62,056 nucleotides of DNA, filler included, from Rhabdomonas costata (GCA_019059605.1; 25 parts of 25 records of this genome joined end to end with filler, not necessarily neighbours in it), one strand, 5' to 3'; shown: positions 36,339 to 49,467, counted from the first letter of the whole stretch. Notes: generated from the sequence alone by a model not told the origin. Program-made: numbers and translations.

Positions 36339-36632
36339 TTAGGATGATGTCGTCGCAGCTGAGTCAGCCGTCCCGCTACCCATGGCCGCATCATCCTGAC
36401 CAGGAACGCCCTTGAGCCAGGCAATGGGCTTTGGGGAAGAGCCCCCTAGCTCTGCGGGGAGCTGCTCTGGGGCAATAAACTCCCGAATGTGCGTGAGGAA
36501 GTCCGTGCCCCAGATGTGAATCTTCTCCCGGACCACGGGGTCCAGCCATGGGGAGACGATCTTCCACCCAAAGCTCACCACTCGAGGGGCATTGATCACG
36601 AACATGTACCGCATCCCCTCAGGATACACAGC
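36339..36632 (-). CDS. CRAL-TRIO/Sec14 lipid-binding protein, terminal exon
   Basis: cag acceptor, then YPEGM..MFVINAP...W.IVSPWLDP.VREKI...FIAPEQLPAELGG, then stop. Confidence 0.9.
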   Translation of the reverse strand, partial: AVYPEGMRYMFVINAPRVVSFGWKIVSPWLDPVVREKIHIWGTDFLTHIREFIAPEQLPAELGGSSPKPIAWLKGVPGQDDAAMGSGTADSAATTSS

Positions 36633-37332
36633 CTGATCTGATGCGCGAAAAGGAAAATGGGGGTTATCTCTTACAAAACATCTCTCACTGGATATGAACC
36701 CAAAAGAAGAAGAGTTGCGGAGGCTGCGACGACGAAGAAGCACCGTCAACGATTGGAGGGGATGGGATTCGGAAAGATCGTGCATAATGACCGTAAACTG
36801 AGACTTTTGTCACATGAACTCAGTTTCTCGGCATAAATCTTGCGTCTGTACTGTGTTGCCAATCGGATGCTGGATTGGGGAAAATAGCATCTTCTACCCC
36901 GAAAACATTTGCCGCCCCGTGCAACCCCTTCTTTTTGAGACTCATCTTTGTTTGCCAAGCTACGCTGCCAGCTGGGGGGTTATGTACCTGTACTCAGAGA
37001 CACTCATTCGAGCAGGATTTTAGGGCTAAAAGACTTCAGATCGGAATGTCACAGACTAATCTCTCCCGGTGGAGCTAACCTTAGTATATAATAGACAGAG
37101 TGAAGAACAGAAGTCGGATTCACAGACCTAGAGTAGAGATCTTGTTCATGAAGCTGATCGCCTGAAACGAAAAATGTCCGAAGAAACTGTCCGCTCACCT
37201 TGAGTAGGCAAGTTACCAAAACCCNNNNNNNNNNNNNNNNNNNNNNNNNNNNNNNNNNNNNNNNNNNNTTAATTAATTAANNNNNNNNNNNNNNNNNNNN
37301 NNNNNNNNNNNNNNNNNNNNNNNNGGTTGGGT

Positions 37333-37421
37333 TGAATTCAAACCAGTCTGGGCTGGTTACTTCAACTGCAGTATATCGCGCATCAAATGATAACACTCCA
37401 GCCCAGACTGGTTTGAATTCA
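37333..37421. repeat. Perfect 24-bp inverted repeat (37333-37356 / 37398-37421) at contig start
   Basis: tgaattcaaaccagtctgggctgg ... ccagcccagactggtttgaattca; 41-nt spacer. Confidence 0.9.
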
Positions 37422-37502
37422 CCCCTACTAAAGACTTAACAAGAAAATGCACCACACCAGATGTCAACGCCTTCACCAGGGATTCAGTCAGTACCACTCA
37501 AG

Positions 37503-37900
37503 ATAAAAAGGTTGAGTAATGCGGCCGTTCTACCGTGCCGCAAAACAATAGGTGCGGCAGGCTACGACATTGCGACTGTGACCAACTTGGTCGTTCCTGC
37601 GAGAGTAAATGCGGTAGTGCCTACCGTCTTGAGGTAACTCCTGGTAGCTATGGTTGTATAGCCCCGCGCAGGGACTTGGCTGCAACTCGACACATCGCTG
37701 CGGGAGCTCGAGTGATCGATGCAGACTACCGTGGTAATATTGGCGTTGTCATTTTTAACAACTCAGACCAAGACATTAACGTTACTATAGGAGACAACGT
37801 GGCGCAGCTCCTCCTTGAGAAGATTGCAACCCAAGAAGTAATTGAGCAAAGAGAGCTGACAATGACCGGACGAGGAGGCCAATGCTTTGGCTCCACCGAT
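37503..37900 (+). pseudogene. Trimeric-type dUTPase domain within the retroelement (one frameshift near 37630)
   Basis: Five motifs in order: AAGYD, IAPRRDLA, VIDADYRGNIGV, IGDNVAQLL, RGGQCFGST. Confidence 0.9.
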
Positions 37901-39709
37901 GCGCCTGGCACATCACCTGTATTTTCAGCGCATATTCTGCCCTCGAAGCAGACAGCTCTCAGGATCAAACTGGTGCTCTCCCCTCCGGGAAACTTACCGC
38001 ACGTTAAGCGTTTCGCAATCTCCTCAGAAAAAGAACCAGAAGAAGTCTCCGAAGCTGAAAGGCAGCGTATCAGTTGCTTTGCAGAAACTAAACTTAAATC
38101 CAAGAGACGCAGAAAATTGTCCCCACGCTGTTTGGTCGAAATGCAGTTGGACCTCAAAAACATCGATCCCTGAGGAATTTCTACAGGTGAACGGAGAGTT
38201 TGCTCACATTGTTTACGATAAACTACCTCCTGGTCTCCCACAATCTCTGCAGACCGACCATCGCATTGATCTAATGGAAGCTGCCAAGGTACCGGCACAG
38301 CGTCTTTACCGTCTGTCACCCCTCGAGGACAAGGAGTTGCAGCTTCAAATGAAGGAATTCCCCGACCTTTGTTTTATTCAACCGACCATTTCACCAGATG
38401 GGGCAGGTATTATCTTTGCCGCAAAAGCCAAAGGAAAATTGCGTCTTTGCGTCGACTACAGGCCACTAAATGCCATCACAAAGGTGGATGCAGACCCCCT
38501 ACCTCGAATAATGAAATGATGGATCAGGTAGGTAAGGAGCGTTACTTTACTACGCTCTATCTACACTCCGGATTCCACAAAATCCGATCCACCCTGACCA
38601 CATCGAGCGCACTGAGTTTAAAATCAAATACGGCACCTATCACTACCGAGTTTTGCCGTTTGGCTTCTGTAACGCCCCGCCTACCATGGACCTTCTTTTC
38701 TCCGACATTTGTAAATCTGCAGGAGCCTATAATGACGATGTTTTTATTTTCACTGACACGATCGACCAACATCTGTACGCACTGCGTCAAGTCTGTAGAC
38801 GATTAGACGACAACAGCCTGTGCGCTAGCCCGGAAAAATGCTCCTTCTGCAAACCATAATTTGAGTACTGCGGGTTTTTTGTCTGCCAAGAGTGTGTCCG
38901 TCCTATGCCCGAGAAGCTTGCGGCTTTTCTTATCTGGCCGACTCCTCGCAATCCTACCGAAGTAAAGAGTTTTCTGAGTTTATGCGGTTTCTACCAGCAA
39001 TTCGTCCCTGACTACGCGACTTTCGCTGCCCTCTTACCTACTTAATGAAGAAATGTCGCAAATGGCACTGGGTACCAGCGGAAATCGCCGCATTTGAAGA
39101 ACTTAAGACGCGTCTAATAAGACACCCTGTTCTCGTCATCACTGAACTTGCAAAGCCATTGATCCTTCACACTGACACCTCGGAGGTCGGCGTGGGAGCA
39201 ATCCTGTCGCTGAATGACGAGAAAGGTGACATCAGGTTGGCGGCCTGTCGCTCCAGAAAACTGTCATCAGCAGAAAACAAATCCAGTTCACGAAAATGAA
39301 ATGCTTGCACTTGTGGACTCTATGGAAGCTTGGAGCCATTATCTCTTAGGTGCAGACGTCTATGTTTACACCGATAACTCTGCTCTCAGATACCTACAAA
39401 AGAACCACCGACCAGCACTTCGTCAGATTCTGTGGCTCGAAAAACTTCAGGCCTACACACTTAAAATTACACACATTCCATGGCGGATGAATTCAGCGGC
39501 AGATGCCCTTTCTCGAGAACCAATTGAAAATTCTTCCCTTTTTGGAATGCTAATGTACGAAGTGCCAGGATCACCAACATCCGTCACTTTCTTCGGGCCT
39601 GTCCTCTCTCCCATCGTCCTGGAGTCAGATGACTGGTGGGATGACTATCTTGAGGACCATCACTGCAAGTCTACCTACTTTCATCCAGACACAGATCAAC
39701 TAAAACCCG
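37503..39709 (+). mobile_element. Degenerate Ty3/Gypsy retrotransposon pol fragment: dUTPase - RT - RNase H
   Basis: RT motifs DHRIDL, KLRLCVDYRPLN, PFGFCNAP, YNDD (38728-38739), PEKCSF; RNase H motifs LHTDTSEVGVGAIL, EMLALV, VYTDNSAL, NSAADALSR; several stops and frameshifts; no introns. Confidence 0.93.
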
Positions 39710-39809
39710 NNNNNNNNNNNNNNNNNNNNNNNNNNNNNNNNNNNNNNNNNNNNTTAATTAATTAANNNNNNNNNNNNNNNNNNNNNNNNNNNNNNNNNNN
39801 NNNNNNNNN

Positions 39810-41829
39810 GTGGTGGTGGCTCCAGCATCTTGCTCCACCACCTCCGGGTATCCTGAGACGGAATATGAACCCGGCTGGCAACGTACATCCAACCGTCGCC
39901 CTCGGGAACCACCGCAACGCAGCGCCGCGCCACTCGCCACATCGCCGGAATGATCGGCGTGGGGTCGTACAGGTAGGCCTTGGGGAAGGCCGCCTGCAAG
40001 GCCCGGGTGGCCTCCCAGGCGTGGTTGTGGGGCATCTTGCTGCACAGGTGGTGGGCCACGTGGGTGCTGCCAATGCCGTGGTGCAGGAAGTTGATCACGG
40101 GGCCGTACGGCTGTGGAGGTGCAAAGAAAACAGACAACACGGCAAATCGAAGAAGTCAAGAATGCAATGCATAGAAGAAACCCCTCCACAGTTTTGCAGC
40201 CATGCTCTCTGACCCTCCTCAGGGATGCAGGAAACACATACAACAACTCAACGAAGTACGATCTCCGTCATCATTAACGGCATCAAATATAAAGGGACCA
40301 AGGACCTAACCAGATCAATAACGAGCACACGCATAAGCACCTGCCTAGTCATTGAGTCTTGGGAACGCTCTAACGTGGGGCAGTCGGAGGTGGACACTCA
40401 AAACTTCACCCACTTGGGAGCCTACAAAGGTCTGGGGGCACTGGTTTGTCGGATACATACGGGTGTCTCAACCACATAAACAAGCACGAAACGAAGACGT
40501 GACACACCCTGTCGACGGTCGCGAACACTCCGCGGACCCAAAACCAGTTCGCCTCCTCGAAGTGCGGGATGTCCACATCAGTGTGGTGTAGCCAAGTGTA
40601 CAGCACAAGCCAACCGTTCGTGACCAGGTAGGGACCCCCGTACAGCGCCAGGACAGTCGCCCAACCCACTTCGCGGGCCCATATCATGAGAAGCGTCAGG
40701 GTCACCAGCACCCCGATGTCCGAAAGCAGAACCCTGCGTCGCCACTTTCCTGGAAACAGCTTGTCATTAAAGGGCACGAAGTGGTTGCTGAGGCCTCGTT
40801 CAGGGCCCCCTACAAGAAAACAAAGGGAAAAAATAAATGGGTGGACATCCCCCCTCTTTCTTCACACAACAGGCTTCATTGAGAGACTTCACCATTGCAT
40901 CGCAAATGAGCGAAGCACGGTGAAGCATGGTGGCCACTTTTGCCGTGGGCGCGACGAAAGATCTGCCGGTGCTTGGGGGCGGAAGGAAAGGCGGCAGCAA
41001 GCAAGCAATGGGTGTGTGGAATGTGCGAGGTAAGTGAACAGACGGACTGCTCCCAATTCGACTAAAATGGTGAGAAACATGCCAGTGTATCCCAAAGTAA
41101 GGTACAGTGGCCAGCCCAGCACCAAGTGGTTGAAGCAATTGAGGATTCCAAAGATTCCTTCTCCAAGGAGATCGTGGAGAGTAACCATGAAGTTTCCGTA
41201 CGATCCTGGTACAGCCTGAGAGCAAATAATCCACCCTCACACCAACGTCAATTAGTGTCTGCCCAACAAATAGTCACAGGCACATTTGGTCGAATAAACT
41301 GTGCTTCTTCCGCACCATCGGTTTTATGACCAGCTGTTGCACCGGGGACTGAATTGAGCTGGAATTGTCAAACTGGCTGGATCGCGGTGCATGCTGGTGA
41401 GGCACTGGGGAATTGTAACATGGATGCAAAGGACGCCCCCCTCGCCCGCGATATTTCCCGTCTGGGCCCTTGGTCCACTTTACTCAGTGACGGCGTGAGG
41501 ATTAAGTCTTCGGATCCTCCATGCGACACGACAGCACCCATTTCCGGGCGATCAGCTCTCTATGTCCGCATTGCCTGAGGTCGGATTCCTCGCACAGACA
41601 CACCCAGATTTCCGTGGGGAGAGACGGGCTCCGAGGAACACCTGATTCGGGACGTGGGTCTCTCCCTGTAGGAGGTGATTCGTGCGGCTGTGGTGGATCT
41701 GATGACTGCGCTGGAAGCTGAAGTACGGCACAAGCAAAGCAGAGTGCAGCACGAAGCCCACCGCGTCCTGCAACGCCGCGAAGCCGCAGAACGCCCCGTG
41801 CCCACACTCGTGGGCAATCACCCAGCACC
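39810..41829 (-). CDS. Delta-12/omega-6-type fatty acid desaturase (exons 41829-41642, 41215-41083, 40809-40508, 40110 to contig end)
   Basis: Three His boxes HECGH, HQIHH, HVAHH; also YTWLHHTD and ATVDRPYG; exons join in frame with one GC-AG intron. Confidence 0.93.
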
Positions 41830-43184
41830 CTGTGAACGAGGGGCGCAAACATGAATGGACGTGTGGTATTTCAGGCTGCCGGCAGTTAACTGCATGACTC
41901 CAGAAGGCTCCAAGAAGCTTTCCAAAAGTCGGTTTGTCAACGCCCAAAACAGGTTTGAGCTCAAGGTGCAGTAGGATACCTAGCGATACGTACCGGTAGA
42001 AATCCTGGAAATCTCATCTCAGGATCAAAATTCATATTGATAGTGAGAGAGCGCATCTCAGGGGTGTGTCATCAGAGTCAGCAATCATAAAGAGCACAAA
42101 GAAAGCATAAAGAGTCAAACTTCCATCTCAGACATCAAATTCACTTCAGCTCAGCGGCCAGAACAAACTTCAACCTCAAAAGGCCCACCCCCCNNNNNNN
42201 NNNNNNNNNNNNNNNNNNNNNNNNNNNNNNNNNNNNNTTAATTAATTAANNNNNNNNNNNNNNNNNNNNNNNNNNNNNNNNNNNNNNNNNNNNGTGTTGG
42301 GTGTGTGTGGGTTGGGGGGGGAGAACTCAATTGCAACAACATCCTGCGTCACAGCTTGTACAGCGGGTTGTAGTAAGTTGCGAGTGAGGGCCCATTGATC
42401 GAACCTGAAGACCACGGAAGGTCCAGAATCCCCAGCTTGGGGGGTGAAGAGCACTCCAGAAATGGTTACGGGTCCGGCCTGCAGGGCGGAGCGCGCAGTG
42501 CAATCGTCCGCAAAAAGAGCCCGGCAGCACCCCCAGTCTGTGTGCTGGCGGTAGTACGTGACCCACCGAAGGTCCGGGAAGACGGGTTGGAAGAGCCGCA
42601 GCAAGATTGCCGAAAACGGAAACCTCACGGGTACGTGCCAATACCCAGGGTCCCTGGAATCGGACACTACGGGGCCGTAGGGTTCTCTCCTGACGTCCGA
42701 CGACTTGGGATCTGAGAAAAGATTTGGCGGGAAACAGAGGAATGGATGATTCAGGAACCCACATGTGTAACGCAAGAAATGCTCCCTCGAGCATTCGCAT
42801 GTGCGGCCAAACGAAATGTCTCTGAACTCTCTAACCTTGACGAGTTGCTGCCCAGCAAAGGACAACTCTCGGTAATTCTGAAATCCTTTTCAAAGCACGA
42901 ATAGGGACAGCTCAGAGGTGCACGCGGCGGGGTGTGGTAAAATGAGGCAATGAACCTGACAAGGAGGATGAGACTGGTGCCGAATGCCCCACTGTAAAAT
43001 TACGGGAATTCAAAGTGGTGAAGGCGGAGTAAAACCACCTCGGAATTCCCCATGGGCGATGGCGGGGGCAAACCAAAAAAGAGATCCGGATCATTGTGTC
43101 TAACACCAAGAGATAGGATGCACTGGCGATGCACATGGCGCAGGAACCGCATTTGTTTATCCACGCAGTGGAAACACATACAAA

Positions 43185-43207
43185 CCTGACCTGACCTGAC
43201 CTGACCT
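43185..43207 (+). repeat. (ACCTG)n pentanucleotide microsatellite
   Basis: acctgacctgacctgacctg run. Confidence 0.8.
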
Positions 43208-44779
43208 GTCTCGTCCTGTGTGTCTCGTCATGTGCAGCTATATTTTCAAATGTTACAATAAAGAAGGTTCCGCACTGTAACTACTGCATGCCAGCACCAG
43301 TGGCCAAGAGATAAACCGCGAACCTCACCCCAGTCACCGCTGTGAAGTGGTCACAAATTCCTGCGAGGACAGAAGTGAAGCGTCCCAAGGCATGGCGTTC
43401 CCGAGTCATATGGCAAACATGCGCAGGGCAAAAGCATGCCCGAGGCTTCCCATAACTTCCACAATCTGGCGTCACAAAGAGTCATGCACTCCGGTCATCA
43501 GTGGAGGCATGGCATGGCACTAAACTTTATCGGCAACATTATATAACATTATCACGACAAAGGTGACGCTATTTTCCAGGTGGGGATGGCGCATGATATG
43601 TCTCAGGGATGCAAAAACCAATCCCCCCTGTACCCAGTAAGAACTTTCTGTATTTCTAAGGAGATTAACATCCACAGCGCACCACGTCATCTGGTCACCC
43701 ACAAACCCAATCGTCACCGAGCCATCACCTCATCGCGTCCAAAATTCGAGCGGCAATGTCAGGGCGCTGCACATGAACAGCCAGAACAGGATCTGGGGTC
43801 GTGCTGCCAAGAGTGGCCCTAACCGTCCTGAGCTCCACAGTGGTAGATAAAATCTGTACAGGGCTTTTCAGAAGAGCCACCTCTCATCAGCCAAACTGGA
43901 AAACTCGGCAAGCCCTACACCTTCGAGTAAAAAGTACTCAAGGCGCTTGAGGCCAGCCAAGTGCTGGCGAAGGAGGGCAAGCAGCGTTGCACAGTGGTCA
44001 AGAGTACGTGAGCTGGAGTTGAGGAAGGCAGAGCCTGCGAACAGGCAAACTTTAAACTTAAGGTCAGAACCGAACAACGCGCAATTTGAACTGAATTTGC
44101 CGGAGTTCCGTTGGGATCCAACTCCCCCCCCGTCCTTCTCTCAACAAAAAACTGCCATACTAAGAAGGAATCCGATCCCGTGCGCCATTCAATTCACCAA
44201 CCACTAGATCTGGCACCTGCACTGACACTGATACCACCCGACGTCCTGGGGGGCCTTGCGGACGGACTATGGGGTGTACACCACATACAAAAGCACACTT
44301 CCGTGAAGGGTTTAAAGGACCATAGGGGGATGTATGTACCCGCCGGAAGAAGCAAGAGGCTGCAGAATGGAATTTCGGGACTAGGGTTCATATCTCACTG
44401 AACTTAAAAGAAACCTTAAAACATTTATCAAACCCCAACTGCAGCGCGAAACACGTTGAAGGGGCAGGAAAAATACACACGATGGTCTGCCCACGGCCAA
44501 GGGTGCAATGACCGAAGCATAGAGACTCGCGAGCCCTCTTATACCCCAAAGGCGGTAGAGCCACAAACAAATAGGGGCAAAGTGCAATTAATTTTTTGTC
44601 ACGTTGAGGTGAATCACAATTTTCCCTGCCAACTCCCGTTGAAAAAAATGCCGGGGGCTGACATTATGCCCACACACCCNNNNNNNNNNNNNNNNNNNNN
44701 NNNNNNNNNNNNNNNNNNNNNNNTTAATTAATTAANNNNNNNNNNNNNNNNNNNNNNNNNNNNNNNNNNNNNNNNNNNN

Positions 44780-44949
44780 TGGGTGAACGGGCAGCACCGG
44801 TATCCGCAGGCGTCGCCGTGCCAGCACATCGCTCTGTCTTTGCGGTACGGGCTATTCCTGACCTCTTCCGCTGAGCCTCCGGTACCTCGAGGCTGCCTCA
44901 CTGACTCTTTGCCCTGGTGCGTCTGCGAATACTTTGGTTCCCGTTGGCC
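44780..44949 (-). CDS. CCCH zinc-finger exon, paralogous to 20570-20738; truncated by contig end
   Basis: ctag acceptor, then open frame GQREPKYSQTHQGKESVRQPRGTGGSAEEVRNSPYRKDRAMCWHGDACGYRCCPFT. Confidence 0.55.
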
Positions 44950-47349
44950 CTAGCATGTGTGTGTTTGACAAAAAAAGATGTGGGCCTGAACATTTCGGAT
45001 CTGGTATGGAAATCTGGTTGGAAACGTAAACCTTTAGGAACGTTCTGAACAAACCGGCATTTTGTGCACCATTGAAATTGCATTGCCCCTCATTCTTTAA
45101 GGATCGAGAAGCCCTTTCAGCAAATGAGACTTATCGACCGCCCCACCACCACCTCTCTCCGCCTTCTAAAAGCAGAAATCAGGATCAGCCTGGGACCCTC
45201 AAACAAGCGGTTCCCACCAAAAGGCTCCGCGAAAGGTCAGCGGCTGAAGAAAAAACGAAGAACGCGGTGGAGCCCCGACAAAAGTGGACCCCCAGCCTTG
45301 CACACACACACACACACACCACAGCTGACGCGCACACGCACGGTACGCGCGAACACTCCCGACCGACACGCCACATGTGCGCCGCGCAAGCAACACAAAC
45401 CACAGCTTGCAGGGGCGAAGGCAAAACGAGGGAGGAGAGTAGTATGGAAGGTGGTGGGGTGGCACGGACGGAAAGCCAATGCTTCACCAAAAATACTCTT
45501 TTTTCTGAAATGAGGTGCACAAGGAGGAGGCGAGAGAGTAGGGCCATGTAGGGGGTGAATACAAATGAGATATTTTGCCCGGGGGAGGTGGGAGCCAAAG
45601 CCTGCCATCTGCGCATAGAGAGGAAACTCTACGACGACGACAGAGCGGCAAAGACCCTCGGCGCGCTCACCCACCCGGAGTGGCCTCCCGTATGCACAGG
45701 CATATCCATACATCCACTCCACAAAGCACACACAGGTGTACACACAAACACGTGCACGAGCAATCACCACCCCGAGGAAAAGATTGCACGCAGGCCCAAA
45801 ACAACGGATGCAAGCAAACTTAGCGAGAGGCAACGTATTCGTGACGCAGTCTTTGGTTCCCTTCGCGATTCGGGATAATGTTAACTACGGGAAAAACCCT
45901 GCAGTGCCACCAAGGAGGCACATTCTGAAACCCTAACAGTCAGAAATTTGTTTCACAAAATATAAGACCCCAGAACTGCTTCGCCTTCTGCCAAATGTAG
46001 AACTATCAATCTTAGCAAAATATATGTGCAAACATTTGAGAGCACTGTTAATGCTACATTAGCAATGATTAAACATGAATATAACCATGTGTGTGTGAAC
46101 AGCGTTCCCTTCGCAAAATTAAAGCCAAGAGGCAGGAAGGACTCTTGAGCACCAGTGTTCTGCTCCCACCCCCCGGAAATCCCGGTTTTTCAAACGGCTG
46201 CCCACCTTTCCAGAGCAAGCGCTTAGAGAGTAGGGGCTCACAAGTCTACCTTCTTATGAATCCTCCTGCGGCAATCTCTACCTCTAATCACATCAGGGGT
46301 ACTAGCACACACGCAGCGAAGGGGTACGCCCCGAAGTAAACCCCGGGGGCACCAAAAAGGACAAGCATGGGAGGGCAAGTGGGGGCACTCCCCCACAAAG
46401 CTGGACTTTAGCCCAGGGTCCACACAGGAGCAGACACGGGAAAGAAGAAAAAGAGGTGAGTTCACACCTGCTCTCGAAATCCACGAATATCGTACGTGAA
46501 GAAGAGACCGTTTCAAAGCCCCATGCATTCCACAGTACATCCCGACTCCCACCGCCCACCCATCCCATCCTTCCCGCCATTCCAGTTGCGTTGTAGGACA
46601 GATATGTACATGAAGGAGGACGAGTGATTTCAGATGGTGAAACGGCGCTCGTGTCTTCAAACTCCATGAAGGAGAAGAAGAGGAGTGCGGATAGCACGCG
46701 GGGTGGGGGGAGGAGGGGAGTCATCATGAAGAAGCAGAGTGGAATCGAACGTGAGGCACAAAAAGGGATCGAAAAGAAAGGCAGGAAAGAGAGATGCAGG
46801 AAACAAAGGGAATTGCACACGCTCTGTACAGAAGGCAAGACAAGAGGAGGCGATGAGGGTGGGGGACCGGCGTGGCTCAACCCGACGCTCTCCGGTAGAA
46901 GAGGACGTATGCTGAGGGGCCGGCCACCTTGGCTTCGCTAATCTGCGCAAGGCAAAGCAACGGAAAGCCTCTGAGCAAAGCACTGTTATCTTGCCCGGAG
47001 GAAGGAAGGGAGGGGGGAGGGGGTGCTGGAAGGGTACAACCCACGTATCTAATCTACCAGCGAAAGAAATGAAGAGCCACCGTCGGCAAACCCACGCAGT
47101 GGCAGGATGAAAGGGTACAGCGGGGCGACCACGCGCGAAGATCGAGGGACCCACCCACACAAACNNNNNNNNNNNNNNNNNNNNNNNNNNNNNNNNNNNN
47201 NNNNNNNNTTAATTAATTAANNNNNNNNNNNNNNNNNNNNNNNNNNNNNNNNNNNNNNNNNNNNCGGAAATAAGGTCCGAACAAAGCTGTGCGTATTCAG
47301 CCCACAAACACAAACAACGGCAGACCCCACCGCTCACTCACACAAAAAC

Positions 47350-49467
47350 CTCAGTGAGGCCACTCGCCGCACACAGCATCAAGACGGTGCGCCCATCGCA
47401 GGCCTTCAGATTGAGATTGGCCCCGAGTTCCGCCAGTGCGCTGAGGGTCTGAAACGGAAAGCAAAAGTTCAACTTTCTGCGAAAAGGAGGAAACATACCG
47501 AGAAGCACAAATCGCATCCCATTCCGGAAATCAACTCGCCCAAATTAAAAAAGTGTCACTTCACGTCCCGAGAACGGAGAAGTGCATCGACCGCATGGCC
47601 AGGGCCACTGACCGCCTCTGACGTAGGAACTTGCGATTCAAGGCATCCACAGGAACACGCTATCCTTGAATACAGGGGTAGGCATCTCCTCGCGTTTTGG
47701 GAAAGGTGCGCTCCTTTGTACTGCCATGGCGTCCTTTCGGTATGCCATCCTCGGTAGCCTCAAGGCGCACCCCACCCAACAATTCTTTATTCTCTCTTCT
47801 ATTCTTTTCACAGATAAAAAAGCTGTGACCACAGTTCCCAGTTCCCAGCAGCCAGCCTCACGCAGGTAGCCGCCGCTGGTGGGCAGATGGGAAGCTGCAA
47901 ATTATGTGTAACCTAAAGGACGAAACCGCCAGAGAAAAGAAAGTTACTGGCCCCCTGAATTAGGGTAGGGGTGGACGGCCCGCCGGTTGGCAGCAAAAAA
48001 AAGGGCCCGAAAAAGGTCTGCATTGAAATCACCCAACCGAAGCATTCGGGGGACAGCGTGAAGTGCTGGGGACGCGAACCTGAGCATTGTGCAAAGCTCA
48101 GGCTCAGTTCACAGGTGTCAAAATTACGAAAAAGTGCACTCCGGGGAGGGGAGGGGATGAAAACGGTCGGCAATAAGACCCTTATGAGGGAGAACCATGG
48201 AATTTAGGGGAACAAGCGGTACCCCATGTCCCGCCCCTCCCGAAAACTAATGAGGGTCGGAAGCCCTCCTGGAAGGTAACCATGTACAGATAAGGAAATT
48301 CACGACTGAGGCAGGAGGCAGCCCATAGCGCGCACCTCCGCTCGGCCCTTGTCGGCCGCAAACATGGCGGCGGTCCACCCGCCGTTGTTTTGGGCATCGA
48401 TATTCGCGCCATCTTTGACGAACTTCACACACAACTAAAGAACACGGGAAGAAAATGGGAAATAGGAAACATGGATGGGGTTTTGTGACTGAGTAGGCAG
48501 TGTGTGAGGGAGAAAAAAGGAAAGGATACAGCAGGGACGCAGCGAAGTTTCGCATTCTATTTTTTATTGCCAGTTTTCATGTTCAAGTGATTCCATTGGT
48601 AGATTGATGTTCGCTGCATAGCCGCGATGGTCCCCAAAAGCCAGAAAGGAAGGAGCACCACCTGGATTGAACACCGCAAACGCCTGCAGACCACAGACCA
48701 CACACCACATACCCAGACGCCACGTGCCATACAAATTGGCGTGCAAACCTCAGTGAGGCCACCAGCCGCGGAGCACATTAGAAACGTGCACCCATCGGAG
48801 GCCTTTGCGATGAGGCTAGCGCCAAGTTTCGCCAGTTCGGCGACGGTCTGCAGAAGAGAAAGCGACAGTGAGGAGAGGAAGGTAAACGACGAGGCAGATA
48901 TCGTGCAACAGGAGGCAGCGCTGCTCACTTGAATAGAACCGCGTTGGAAGGCACTGTTTTTTTGAGCAAAAAATCTGCACGGCACGGCGTCGCCACTGCT
49001 CAGTGAAAGGTCGCACGGCACTACATAAACGACCGCAATTGTCGTGTGCAAGGCGGTTCGGCTCACCTCACGGCAGCACAAAGGTTTTTCTACACGAAAT
49101 CGGAGGAGGGGGGGTGTTTACGAAAACACCCTCCAACAGAACGACAAGTTTCGCTTGCTCGCCTGCCGATGTCGGTTTCTTGACTGCCTGTTGTCGCGGA
49201 ATAAGGTCGCCCCATTCGGTGTTCAATCGGCCAATGGGTTCACTCTGCCGCAATGATCGGCACTGTGCTGCAATGCTTCGCTCCAACGACTTAGTTTGCC
49301 GCAGTTGAAAAACAATAACATAGAGAGGAGCAGCGACCTTCGTCATTCTTTTTGCAGCACACATGTACCTCTTTTTGGCCGTCGTGCGCCGCGAACATGG
49401 CGGCAGTCCACCCGTCGTCGTTTTGAGCATCAATTTCGGCGCCATCTTTGATCAACTTCACACACAC
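47350..49467 (-). CDS. Ankyrin-repeat protein, four internal 99-nt exons (49467-49369, 48847-48749, 48434-48336, 47448-47350)
   Basis: Each exon has 33 codons with AG/GT ends in phase 0, e.g. VCVKLIKDGAEIDAQNDDGWTAAMFAAHDGQKE; matches the ankyrin L...GA.I...D..G.TA.M.AA..G pattern. Confidence 0.92.

Noticed and set aside
42294-42865. Minus-strand ORF as a retroelement ORF1 or RRM protein
   Set aside because: No diagnostic motif recognised; left unannotated.
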